Positions 18,602 through 27,532 of a DNA stretch of 39,143 bases are shown one piece after another; position 1 is the first letter of the stretch; each line of letters starts with the position of its first letter. The notes below the pieces were generated by a model, which was not told where the DNA came from, ran no database searches, and was given only the letters and a program-made list of their open reading frames with translations. This DNA comes from Candidatus Halarchaeoplasma halalkaliphilum (lineage in GTDB: Archaea > Thermoplasmatota > Thermoplasmata > Halarchaeoplasmatales > Halarchaeoplasmataceae): NCBI GenBank assembly GCA_007133925.1, contig SLLU01000095.1, positions 1-39,143 on the forward strand, given 5' to 3'. The translations under genes and the position numbers were made by a program.

Positions 18602-21451
18602 ATGAATGAGTATGACCCTGATACCATAGAAAAAAAATGGCAGGATAAGTGGGAAGACCTCAAGATGCACCATGCAAAGGTGGACGAGGATAAAGACCCT
18701 TTCTACATCATCTTCGCATATCCGGGCATATCGGGTTACCTTCACCTGGGTCATATGAGATGTTACACGTACACCGATTTCATAGCCCGCTACAAGAAGA
18801 TGAGGGGGTACAGCGTGCTTTTCCCCGCAGGGGCCCATCCCACGGGTAATCAGGTGATCAGCTTCGCTAAGCGGGTGGCGGAAAAGGATCCCGTGATCAT
18901 GGACTATCTCCGATCCAATGGCGCTTCTGAGAAAGACATAGGGAAATTATCCGTTCCCGAAGGTGTGATAGAGTTCTTCAAGGAAACGTACATAAAAGAG
19001 TGGAAGAATTTCGGGCTCCACATCGATTTTTCACATTTCACAGATACATCCCGTGAGGATTATTCCAGTTTTATAAGATGGCAATTCAAGAAACTGAAGG
19101 ACAAAGGACTGCTGACACAGAAGCCTTATTACGCACCGGTATGCGTTAGCTGCGGTCCGGTGGCGGTGGACCCCTCCGAAACGGACCTATCACAGGGAGG
19201 GAACGCCGAGGTTCAGGAGTTCACTCTTTTAAAATTTAGATTCGGGGAGCGGTACATAACCGCTGCAACTTTGAGACCGGAAACAGTGTACGGTCAGACC
19301 AATCTGTGGGTCGATCCTGACGAGGATTATGTGATTGTCAAGGTCCAAGGAGAGGAGTGGATTATGAGTTCTCCTGCCATGGACAAATTGAGCTACCAAA
19401 CTGAGGAAATCAAAATGGTGGGACGTATTTCAGGCAGGGATATGATAGGAAAAAATGCCACCGCACCGGTGATACACAGGGATATCCCCATACTACCTGC
19501 TAAGTTCACAGATCCTAACATCGGTTCCGGCATAGTAACCAGTGTTCCCAGCGACGCACCCTACGATTGGATCGCCCTTGAGGATTTGAAGAAGAACCAT
19601 GAGATGTTGAGCAGGTACGACCTGCAGGATATCGTGGAACGGGTAAACCCCATACCCATAATAGAGTCCAAGGAGTGGGGAACAAACCCCGCTGAGAGGA
19701 TAATTCTTGAGATGGGTATAAACTCTCAGGCTGAAACAGATAAGCTGGAAGATGCAACTCAGAGGATATACAAAGCGGGCTTTCACTCCGGGACCATGCT
19801 CGAGTCATGTGGGGACTATGCCGGGATGGCGGTTCAGGAGGCGAAGGAGAATATAAGGAACGACATGCTCGCCTCCCGGGAGGCCATCATTTTTCGCGAC
19901 CTTTCGGAAGAGGTCATATGTCGCTGCGGCGAAGAGGTTATCATGGGCAAGATCCCTGACCAGTGGTTCATACGCTATTCCGACGAGAAACTCACAGAGG
20001 AATGCAAAGAGCACGTAAAAGATATGTCCATCCGCCCGGACTCTTATGCCAATACTATTCCGGAAACCCTGGAATGGTTCCAGGACCGTTCCTGTGCTAG
20101 GATGGGAAACTGGATCGGTACGAAATTTCCCTTTGACGACAAATGGATAGTGGAGGCTATATCGGATTCCACCCTTTATCCGGCCCATTACGTGGTCGCA
20201 AAGCATTACAACCGCGGTAGTTTTCAAGCAAAGCAGATGACGGAAGATTTCTTCGATTTTGTTTTTCTGAACGAAGGATCGGTCGAAGATGTTTCCGATT
20301 CCACAGGCATACCCGAAGATACCCTGCTGGAAGTGCGCAGGGACTTTTTGTATTGGTATCCCCTGGATATCAACCTTGGGGGCAAGGAGCACATGACGGT
20401 ACATTTTCCAGTCTTTTTGATGAACCATGTGGCCATACTAGACAGATCACACTGGCCCCGGGGCATAATGGTGAACTGGTACCTCACCATGACCGGTGGA
20501 AAGATATCAAAATCCAAGGGTGGTGCAGATCCCATACCTGACGTGGCGGATAGATTTGGTATAGATACATTACGACTGTACTACGCACACTCCGCAAGCC
20601 CCTTCGTGGACAAGGAATGGGATGAAAAAGAGGTTTTCAACTACAGAAAGCGATTGGGGCATCTGTGGCGTATGGTCCACAGGATCAAAGAAATGAACGG
20701 TTCTCCGGGTCCCGTTGACGGATACCTCCGCTCGAGGTTCAACCGTCATCTGGCAAGGGCAATGGATTTCATGGATAGTTACAGCATAAGAAAATCTGCC
20801 AACGTGATCTTCTATGATATCGCGGCTGAATTCGAATGGTACTTCAAAAGAGGTGGAGAAAACGGTGAGCTAATGGATGAACTAGGGGAGAAGTGGGTCA
20901 ATCTCATGTCCCCTTTCGTACCTCACATGGCTGACGAATTAGGTTCATTGTGGGGGATCGAATACGTCAATTCGTCTCTACTTCCCAACGTTGAAGAAGA
21001 GGCGATATCAGATAACATCGAAAGACAGGAGACATACTTGAAAGGCGTAATGGAGGATATAAGGAACATCCTTGACATCGCCAAAGTGGCGGGGAACTGT
21101 ATCCACATATACGTTACACCTGAGTGGAAGGTCAAGGTAATAGAAAAGGTCCTCTCCGAGCCGGAAAGGGGTATGGGACTAATGTCCGGCTTAGTGGGGG
21201 AACTCAAGGCACCTCCAAAGGAGCTTTCAAAATTTTTAAGAAGAACCCTTGATGAGCACAGGGCAAATCAAGAAACGCTGAAAAACTCAGTGGCCATAAA
21301 GGAACTGGATATACTGGAAAAAAACATAGATTTCCTTGAAAAAGAGTTCGATACATCCGTGAAGGTCTACCTTGCCTCAGATGAAGTTTATGATCCGGAT
21401 AACAGAAAAGATAAGGCTATCCCCGGTAAACCGGCCATATACATCCAATGA
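18602..21451 (+). CDS. leuS: Leucine--tRNA ligase, archaeal type
   Basis: AYPGISGYLHLGH, AATLRPET, GSGIVTSVPSDAPYD, EAISDSTLY, GKEH, KISKSKG, C-terminal AIPGKPAIYI. Confidence 0.97.
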   Translation: MNEYDPDTIEKKWQDKWEDLKMHHAKVDEDKDPFYIIFAYPGISGYLHLGHMRCYTYTDFIARYKKMRGYSVLFPAGAHPTGNQVISFAKRVAEKDPVIMDYLRSNGASEKDIGKLSVPEGVIEFFKETYIKEWKNFGLHIDFSHFTDTSREDYSSFIRWQFKKLKDKGLLTQKPYYAPVCVSCGPVAVDPSETDLSQGGNAEVQEFTLLKFRFGERYITAATLRPETVYGQTNLWVDPDEDYVIVKVQGEEWIMSSPAMDKLSYQTEEIKMVGRISGRDMIGKNATAPVIHRDIPILPAKFTDPNIGSGIVTSVPSDAPYDWIALEDLKKNHEMLSRYDLQDIVERVNPIPIIESKEWGTNPAERIILEMGINSQAETDKLEDATQRIYKAGFHSGTMLESCGDYAGMAVQEAKENIRNDMLASREAIIFRDLSEEVICRCGEEVIMGKIPDQWFIRYSDEKLTEECKEHVKDMSIRPDSYANTIPETLEWFQDRSCARMGNWIGTKFPFDDKWIVEAISDSTLYPAHYVVAKHYNRGSFQAKQMTEDFFDFVFLNEGSVEDVSDSTGIPEDTLLEVRRDFLYWYPLDINLGGKEHMTVHFPVFLMNHVAILDRSHWPRGIMVNWYLTMTGGKISKSKGGADPIPDVADRFGIDTLRLYYAHSASPFVDKEWDEKEVFNYRKRLGHLWRMVHRIKEMNGSPGPVDGYLRSRFNRHLARAMDFMDSYSIRKSANVIFYDIAAEFEWYFKRGGENGELMDELGEKWVNLMSPFVPHMADELGSLWGIEYVNSSLLPNVEEEAISDNIERQETYLKGVMEDIRNILDIAKVAGNCIHIYVTPEWKVKVIEKVLSEPERGMGLMSGLVGELKAPPKELSKFLRRTLDEHRANQETLKNSVAIKELDILEKNIDFLEKEFDTSVKVYLASDEVYDPDNRKDKAIPGKPAIYIQ

Positions 21452-21496
21452 GAATCGTACAAAACCCTTATATCCTGAGCGCCGAATTGAAGTTTT

Positions 21497-22687
21497 ATGA
21501 AAGCTGTCATCCTTGCCGCAGGAGAGGGACGGAGATTGAGACCTTTCACCTCGTCCGAACCAAAGGTGATGATCCCCGTGGCAAACAAACCCATACTTCA
21601 GTATGTGGTCGAAGCGCTGGTAAGTAATGATATCCATGACATCATCATGGTGGTGGGATACCACCAAGAGAAAATCAAGTCCTTTTTCGGTGACGGGGAT
21701 GAATTCGACGCCCGGATATCTTATATAGAACAACCGAAACAGTTGGGGACCGCCCATGCCCTTTACCAAGCTAGAAATTCCGTGGAAGAGAATTTTATCG
21801 TGTTACCCGGAGACAATTTGGTCAGCACGGACACCATAGACGATCTGGTAAATGAGGGCAAAACCTCCTCTGTGCTCATAACCACTAGCGATGAACCGTC
21901 CAAGTACGGGGTTGTTTCCATGGAGAATGGTATAGTGGAGGATATAGCTGAAAAACCTGAACATAGTATAAGTCACCATATATCCACTGGCATCTACTAT
22001 CTGTCAAGGGATGTGTTTTCCAGGATCGAACAGTTGATGGCAGATAATACCTACGATCTCACATCGGTCCTTAATTCCCTGAAGGACATCCGAGAATTGA
22101 ATGGCATACATACTGAGTCCATGTGGATGGATGCTGTGTATCCCTGGGACCTTCTCTCCCTCAATTCCGCAGCTCTCCATGAACTTGCCACTGCAAACAG
22201 AGGTATGGTCGAGAAAGGAGTTATCATCAAGGGACCTGTATCCATAGGGGAGGGCTCCGTTATAAAGGGGGGTGCGTATATAGAAGGGCCAGCCATAATC
22301 GGTGAAGGATGTGAAATCGGACCCCACACCTGTATATTACCCTCATCCAGTATAGGAAACGATTGTACTGTCGGGGCCCATACCATCATATGTAACTCCA
22401 TCGTCATGGATGGTGCGAGAATCGGATATAAATCTATACTGGAATCATCGATCATCGGAGAAGGTGTATCCATCGGTGCGGGGTTCGTATCCCACACAGA
22501 TGTAGTGGATATTATTATCGAGGGTCACCTGGAAAGGGTTGAGAACATAGGATGTATGGTCGCTGAGGATACCACTATGGGTGGAGGCGTAACATGCTAT
22601 CCTGGAGTCATCATCGGCGATCGGTGTGACATCCGCACCGGGTCTTTATTGAGGGATAACGTACTTCCGGGGAGCAGCGTGAGGTGA
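21497..22687 (+). CDS. glmU: Bifunctional sugar-1-phosphate nucleotidylyltransferase/acetyltransferase (archaeal GlmU)
   Basis: MKAVILAAGEGRRLRP, PKVMIPVANKP, QLGTAHA, YPWDLL, hexapeptide repeats. Lies directly upstream of glmS. Confidence 0.9.
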   Translation: MKAVILAAGEGRRLRPFTSSEPKVMIPVANKPILQYVVEALVSNDIHDIIMVVGYHQEKIKSFFGDGDEFDARISYIEQPKQLGTAHALYQARNSVEENFIVLPGDNLVSTDTIDDLVNEGKTSSVLITTSDEPSKYGVVSMENGIVEDIAEKPEHSISHHISTGIYYLSRDVFSRIEQLMADNTYDLTSVLNSLKDIRELNGIHTESMWMDAVYPWDLLSLNSAALHELATANRGMVEKGVIIKGPVSIGEGSVIKGGAYIEGPAIIGEGCEIGPHTCILPSSSIGNDCTVGAHTIICNSIVMDGARIGYKSILESSIIGEGVSIGAGFVSHTDVVDIIIEGHLERVENIGCMVAEDTTMGGGVTCYPGVIIGDRCDIRTGSLLRDNVLPGSSVR

Positions 22688-22693
22688 GTACAT

Positions 22694-24478
22694 TTGTGTG
22701 GAATAGTGGGTTACACAGGAAAAAATAACGCCCGGGAGATCCTCTTGAAGGGATTGGGTAGGCTGGAATATAGGGGCTATGACTCTGCCGGTGTTGCTCT
22801 CGCCGGGGAGAGTGGCATATACATACAGAAAAAAAAGGGCAGGCTCAAGGAATTGGATGCAAAAGAGATACCCAGTACAAATATCGGAATAGGTCATACC
22901 CGGTGGGCTACCCATGGGAAACCCTCAAACGAGAATTCCCACCCTTTCAGTGACTGCACTGGCGACATCGCCATCGTGCACAACGGAATAATAGACAATT
23001 TCATTCACCTCAAGGAGGACTTGATAAACAAAGGGCATGAATTCACCTCGGAAACGGACAGTGAGATCATCTCACATCTGCTGGAGGAACATTTCAATGG
23101 GGATCTAGTGGATACACTGAAGATCGTTGTAAAGATGTTGAAAGGTTCCTTTGCCATCTGTGCCCTGCAAAAGGATTCTAAAAACATCGCGGTGGCACGG
23201 AACCAGAGCCCTCTGGTCATCGGTTTGGGTGTGGGAGAAAATTTTGTGGCATCAGATGTCCCTGCCATCCTGGATTATACAAACGAAGTCAAGTACCTTG
23301 AAGACGGAGACGTTGCCCTACTTACACCAAACGAGGTGCGGATATGGGATTCACAGGATGCCCTGGTTGAAAGGGATGTGGTTGAAATTCAATGGACCAT
23401 AGAGGATGCCGAAAAGGGTGGTTACGAACACTACATGTTGAAAGAGATCCACGAACAGCCCAAGGCGATACACGCTTCTCTGCTAGGACGGCTGGGAGGA
23501 TTCACCGAAGTAGATCTAGGCAAATATGACACAGAATTCATAAGGCTCATATCCTGTGGCACCTCCTACCACGCAGCTCTGGTGGGTAAATATCTCATAG
23601 AGGACATAGCCAGGATCCCGTGTACCGCTGAACTCGCATCTGAATACAGATACTCATCTCCTTCCGAGCTTCACCCGTTTACCATACTGATCAGTCAGAG
23701 CGGTGAAACAGCTGACACCATCGCAGCGGCCAAGGAAGCAAAGAGGAGGGGCTGCAAAACCCTTGCTGTTACCAATGTCATGAACAGCAGCATCACCAGG
23801 GAGGTTGACGAAGTGATATTCACCCATGCTGGTCCGGAGATCGGTGTTGCCGCTACAAAAACCTTCACCACCCAGGTTATAATGATGTACCTGATCGCCA
23901 TAGAGCTGGGCTTGAAAACAAAGAGATTACTGAGAGAAACTGCCCAGGAATACAGGGATGAACTCAGAAGGATACCCCGTCATGTGAGGGTCCTGCTGGA
24001 CCGATCAGAGGATATAGAACGGGTCAGCGAGAAGTTGATAGGGGCGGATGATATCTTCTTCGTTGGTCGTCATCTGAATTACCCCGTAGCACTGGAAGGG
24101 GCGTTAAAGCTCAAAGAGATCGCGTATATACACTCCGCAGGGTACCCTGCAGGAGAGCTCAAGCACGGCCCCTTCGCCCTGCTTACCAATAGGACTCCTG
24201 TGGTGGCCATCTCCGTGAAGGATCACACCTTCGAGAAAATGCTCGGTAACATAGGAGAAATAGCATCCCGTGACAGTCCCATCATCGCTGTAGGCGATCA
24301 TGACCCTGAACTGGAAAAACTATCGGATGATCTCATAACGGTACCTTCCGTACCTACTTTATTCTCTCCCATCCTGGTGAATGTTGTACTCCAGTTGCTT
24401 GCGTATTACACTGCATACAAGCTTGAATGTGCCATAGATAAACCAAGGAATCTGGCCAAGAGTGTGACCGTGGAATGA
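22694..24478 (+). CDS. glmS: Glutamine--fructose-6-phosphate aminotransferase
   Basis: TTG start then CGIVG, LEYRGYDSAG, IGHTRWATHG, SQSGETADT, GELKHGP, DKPRNLAKSVTVE. Confidence 0.98.
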   Translation: MCGIVGYTGKNNAREILLKGLGRLEYRGYDSAGVALAGESGIYIQKKKGRLKELDAKEIPSTNIGIGHTRWATHGKPSNENSHPFSDCTGDIAIVHNGIIDNFIHLKEDLINKGHEFTSETDSEIISHLLEEHFNGDLVDTLKIVVKMLKGSFAICALQKDSKNIAVARNQSPLVIGLGVGENFVASDVPAILDYTNEVKYLEDGDVALLTPNEVRIWDSQDALVERDVVEIQWTIEDAEKGGYEHYMLKEIHEQPKAIHASLLGRLGGFTEVDLGKYDTEFIRLISCGTSYHAALVGKYLIEDIARIPCTAELASEYRYSSPSELHPFTILISQSGETADTIAAAKEAKRRGCKTLAVTNVMNSSITREVDEVIFTHAGPEIGVAATKTFTTQVIMMYLIAIELGLKTKRLLRETAQEYRDELRRIPRHVRVLLDRSEDIERVSEKLIGADDIFFVGRHLNYPVALEGALKLKEIAYIHSAGYPAGELKHGPFALLTNRTPVVAISVKDHTFEKMLGNIGEIASRDSPIIAVGDHDPELEKLSDDLITVPSVPTLFSPILVNVVLQLLAYYTAYKLECAIDKPRNLAKSVTVE

Positions 24479-25611
24479 GTGAGTTGTTCGAAGCATACCA
24501 GGAGCACAAGGCCCTTTTTTGGTCCGTAATACTCATAGGTATCCCTGCCTTTCTGTTCATAGGTAGCTTACTATTTCCCGAAGTCATATGGGACTCTTTC
24601 CTGTGGAGATACATTTGGGGTCCTGTGGTAGCCGATTCCAGGGGAGAAGCGGTGAACGGCATAACATCGGGTTACAACATCGTTAACACCGCAGTGTATG
24701 CGATAACACTGCTGGTTGCACTCCTGGGTATATTGGAGATATTCAAGAAGTACAATATCAACATGGATCGTACACTCATACTATCCCTTATCCCATGGGT
24801 GATACTGGGCGGAACACTCAGGAGCCTGGAGGACGCATACTTCTTCACTCAATCCATCAGCCCTTTTTTCATCTCCCCGGTGATCTATTTCACACTGGGA
24901 GTCTCCTCCATATTCGTACTGGTACTGGACGTATCCTTGTTCCCCCTTGAGAAACAGCCTTTGTATGTGAAAGTCATATTGATGATTCCCCCCGTTCTGA
25001 CATCCCTATATCTATCCCCCACATATCGTCTCATCATTTTTGTTATTGTGATTTGCACGCTGGTCCTCATGTACCTCTATTGTGCATACAAAAAGCACCC
25101 CTATCCCTTATTGACATGCTACGGCACATCCGTTCTTCTCTTTACGTTTTTTTTCATTACCAATCATCTCATAACTATGGAAGGTACAAGGTCCATGGAG
25201 ATATTCGTGATAATGTTATTAACTTCGGTTTCAACTATCACCATCCTGTTCATCAGTAAGTTGATGTCCTCCAGATATTCCTCCATGAAGGCCTTCTTAG
25301 TGGCACTGAATCCCCTGATAATATTCTCTCACATGCTGGATGCATCGGCCACCTATCGCGGTATTAGTGCCTATGGATATACCGAGAAGCATGTTCTCCC
25401 TGCTCTGGCCATAGACATCATAGGGACACCCCTGGTCATGTATCCCCTCAAAATTGCCGTCGTTTTCCTTGTAGTGTTTTCCCTCGATATATGGTTCCGC
25501 GAAGAGATGGACGAGATGCCCGATGTGAAAAATCTGATAATACTGGTCATAATCATATTGGGTATTGCCCCTGGAATACGCAACATGTTACGTATCTCCA
25601 TGGGCGTGTAA
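24475..25611 (+). CDS. DUF63 family membrane protein
   Basis: RYIWGPVVAD, GYNIVNT, LRSLEDA, PFFISPVIY, HMLDASAT, YTEKHVL, LGIAPGIRNMLRISMGV. ATGA overlap with glmS. Confidence 0.88.
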   Translation: MSELFEAYQEHKALFWSVILIGIPAFLFIGSLLFPEVIWDSFLWRYIWGPVVADSRGEAVNGITSGYNIVNTAVYAITLLVALLGILEIFKKYNINMDRTLILSLIPWVILGGTLRSLEDAYFFTQSISPFFISPVIYFTLGVSSIFVLVLDVSLFPLEKQPLYVKVILMIPPVLTSLYLSPTYRLIIFVIVICTLVLMYLYCAYKKHPYPLLTCYGTSVLLFTFFFITNHLITMEGTRSMEIFVIMLLTSVSTITILFISKLMSSRYSSMKAFLVALNPLIIFSHMLDASATYRGISAYGYTEKHVLPALAIDIIGTPLVMYPLKIAVVFLVVFSLDIWFREEMDEMPDVKNLIILVIIILGIAPGIRNMLRISMGV

Positions 25612-25641
25612 AAAAAGGAGGGGAGATTTTTTATCGTAAAG

Positions 25642-25662
25642 GGCCCGAGGGGGACTCGGGCC
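25642..25662. terminator. GC-rich hairpin between convergent DUF63 and RHH genes
   Basis: GGCCCGAG-ggga/5 nt loop-CTCGGGCC forms a perfect 8-bp stem, with A/T tracts at 25610-25640. Confidence 0.6.
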
Positions 25663-25678
25663 GGTTAGAGGGCATCCC

Positions 25679-25912
25679 TTACCTCTTGAGGTATTCTTCT
25701 TTTATCGCCTTTGCATGAGCCATCTTTTGCTCCTGTTCGATTATCTTTTCGACTTTATCCGCAACGAGTTCGATACGGTAATACAGCATGTCCCTCACCG
25801 CAGTTCTGATGGCTTCTGATCGGCTGGGGAAATCATCCATCTCCACTAGAAAATCCACACTCTCAAGATGGCTTTTTGGCAATCTTATGGTGATTTTTTC
25901 TGTTTCTGACAT
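25679..25912 (-). CDS. Ribbon-helix-helix (CopG/Arc) regulator, CdrS-like
   Basis: EKITIRLPK..LESVDFLVEMDDFPSRSEAIRTAVRDML matches the RHH pattern and resembles haloarchaeal CdrS as I recall it. Confidence 0.88.
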   Translation of the reverse strand: MSETEKITIRLPKSHLESVDFLVEMDDFPSRSEAIRTAVRDMLYYRIELVADKVEKIIEQEQKMAHAKAIKEEYLKR

Positions 25913-26082
25913 ATTTGATACCCCATTGTACCTTTAACGGACATCCTATAGCCGCCAATAGTATGACAGAAGGATGGGAGTATTTAAAAATTTCTATCAC
26001 TTTCCTGAAAATTCGGTGCAGATAACACATCGGTGCAAATTCATAGAAAATTATTTACACTATTCATGAAATACACGGGATA

Positions 26083-26529
26083 TTGAAGAAGATATACACT
26101 ATCGGATACGAAGGCAAGACACAGGAGGAATTTTTAAAGATTCTTTCCGAAAAGGGGATAAGACATCTTGCTGATGTTAGAACCTCTCCCAGCTCTAAAA
26201 GAAGTGAGTTCAGCGGAGATAACCTGAAAAAATATTTATTCACTAAGGGGATATTTTACAAGCACATGCCAGACCTGGGTGGACTTGAAACAGAGGATTA
26301 TTCCGAAACCATAAACAGTATTTCCTGGAAAAATGCATTCCAGGAGCTCGAAGTATTCGCCGATGAAGCCCCTACAGTCATGATGTGCATGGAAAAGGAA
26401 CCATCCCGATGCCATAGGCGATTCATATCTAATGAGCTGGAAAAGAACGGTTGGGACGTCATACATCTAGGCAGAGGCGGTAGTTGGAGAGAACGGACAC
26501 TGGACGATTTCACGGATTCAGCGGAATGA
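26083..26529 (+). CDS. DUF488 family protein
   Basis: IYTIGYEG, LADVRTSPSS, LGG, MMCMEKEPSRCHRRFIS, VIHL. Confidence 0.9.
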   Translation: MKKIYTIGYEGKTQEEFLKILSEKGIRHLADVRTSPSSKRSEFSGDNLKKYLFTKGIFYKHMPDLGGLETEDYSETINSISWKNAFQELEVFADEAPTVMMCMEKEPSRCHRRFISNELEKNGWDVIHLGRGGSWRERTLDDFTDSAE

Positions 26530-27021
26530 ACCTGGATCCACGTAGGTTGTGGATGGAGTTATGACCACCACGGCCCCCTCAGCCACAGTTATCTTGGTGA
26601 GGGCTAATTCATATTTGTTTCCACCACGCATGGTGAAGGTATTATTGCTTATTGATGTCATGCTCAGATCTTCCATGAATATGTGTGAGTCGTGTTTCCA
26701 CCATCCCATCTTGTACGTGATCGTAAGGCTTTGGTCTCCCACCGAGTCCCCGAATCGGACGTAGTCTACACTGGCCATTTGTCCCCCTCTGGTGTCGAAT
26801 TCCACTATGACCCTGGAAAGATCTCCCTGGTTCGAGACCCTTTTTGCCTCGAATAGAATACTTTGAATACTCTCTTCTATCCTCCGTTCCAATCGAATTC
26901 TTGAAATATCTCTGTACCCGTAAGCTGCGGTGGGTATGAGCATACCTAGTAGTGCGAACATCAAAAGCAATTTGAACGGCATCTCCATGATCCCCTTGCG
27001 GTCATTTCGTATACTCCTCAT
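26518..27021 (-). CDS. Putative archaeal type IV pilin-like protein (class III signal peptide)
   Basis: Short basic N-terminus MRSIRNDRKG, followed immediately by hydrophobic IMEMPFKLLLMFALLGMLIP. Confidence 0.65.
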   Translation of the reverse strand: MRSIRNDRKGIMEMPFKLLLMFALLGMLIPTAAYGYRDISRIRLERRIEESIQSILFEAKRVSNQGDLSRVIVEFDTRGGQMASVDYVRFGDSVGDQSLTITYKMGWWKHDSHIFMEDLSMTSISNNTFTMRGGNKYELALTKITVAEGAVVVITPSTTYVDPGSFR

Positions 27022-27485
27022 TAGACATCACCGATCCTGACTTCGATCAAATCTTTCATGGTATCCGATCGACTGAGCAGTATTACAGTTCCGTCCATAG
27101 GCAAGTCTATCTCAAAAAAACCTCCACCGGTCACGTTTGAAACCTTCAAACCCAATGGGTAGTAATTTTCATGGGAACCTCTCATCTTGTACCTTATATG
27201 CCATGGGTTCTCCCCTCCGCAGCGTACGTATTCCACTTCCGACAAAGCGGATATGGACAGTTTCACAGCCCTGATGTTCCCCTCCTCCAATCTATTCACT
27301 TCATGGGCCGCTCTTTTGAATTTCCCCAATTCGTCAAGGAGGATATCTTCCATACTCTGTCCCTTGTATCTAACGGACATCAAGTAAACCGAAGGGATGA
27401 CCATGGCCATTACCAGTGCCACAGCTATCAATTCAAGGGGTAACCCTATTATCTCACCCCTTTTATCCCTTCTAAGATATCTCAT
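27021..27485 (-). CDS. Putative archaeal type IV pilin-like protein (class III signal peptide)
   Basis: MRYLRRDKRG followed by EIIGLPLELIAVALVMAMVIP. Its TAA stop overlaps the ATG of the next gene. Confidence 0.65.
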   Translation of the reverse strand: MRYLRRDKRGEIIGLPLELIAVALVMAMVIPSVYLMSVRYKGQSMEDILLDELGKFKRAAHEVNRLEEGNIRAVKLSISALSEVEYVRCGGENPWHIRYKMRGSHENYYPLGLKVSNVTGGGFFEIDLPMDGTVILLSRSDTMKDLIEVRIGDV

Positions 27486-27532
27486 ATCATGTCTAGATTT
27501 ACACCCTATTATAACATTTTCCGTCTTCCGGA

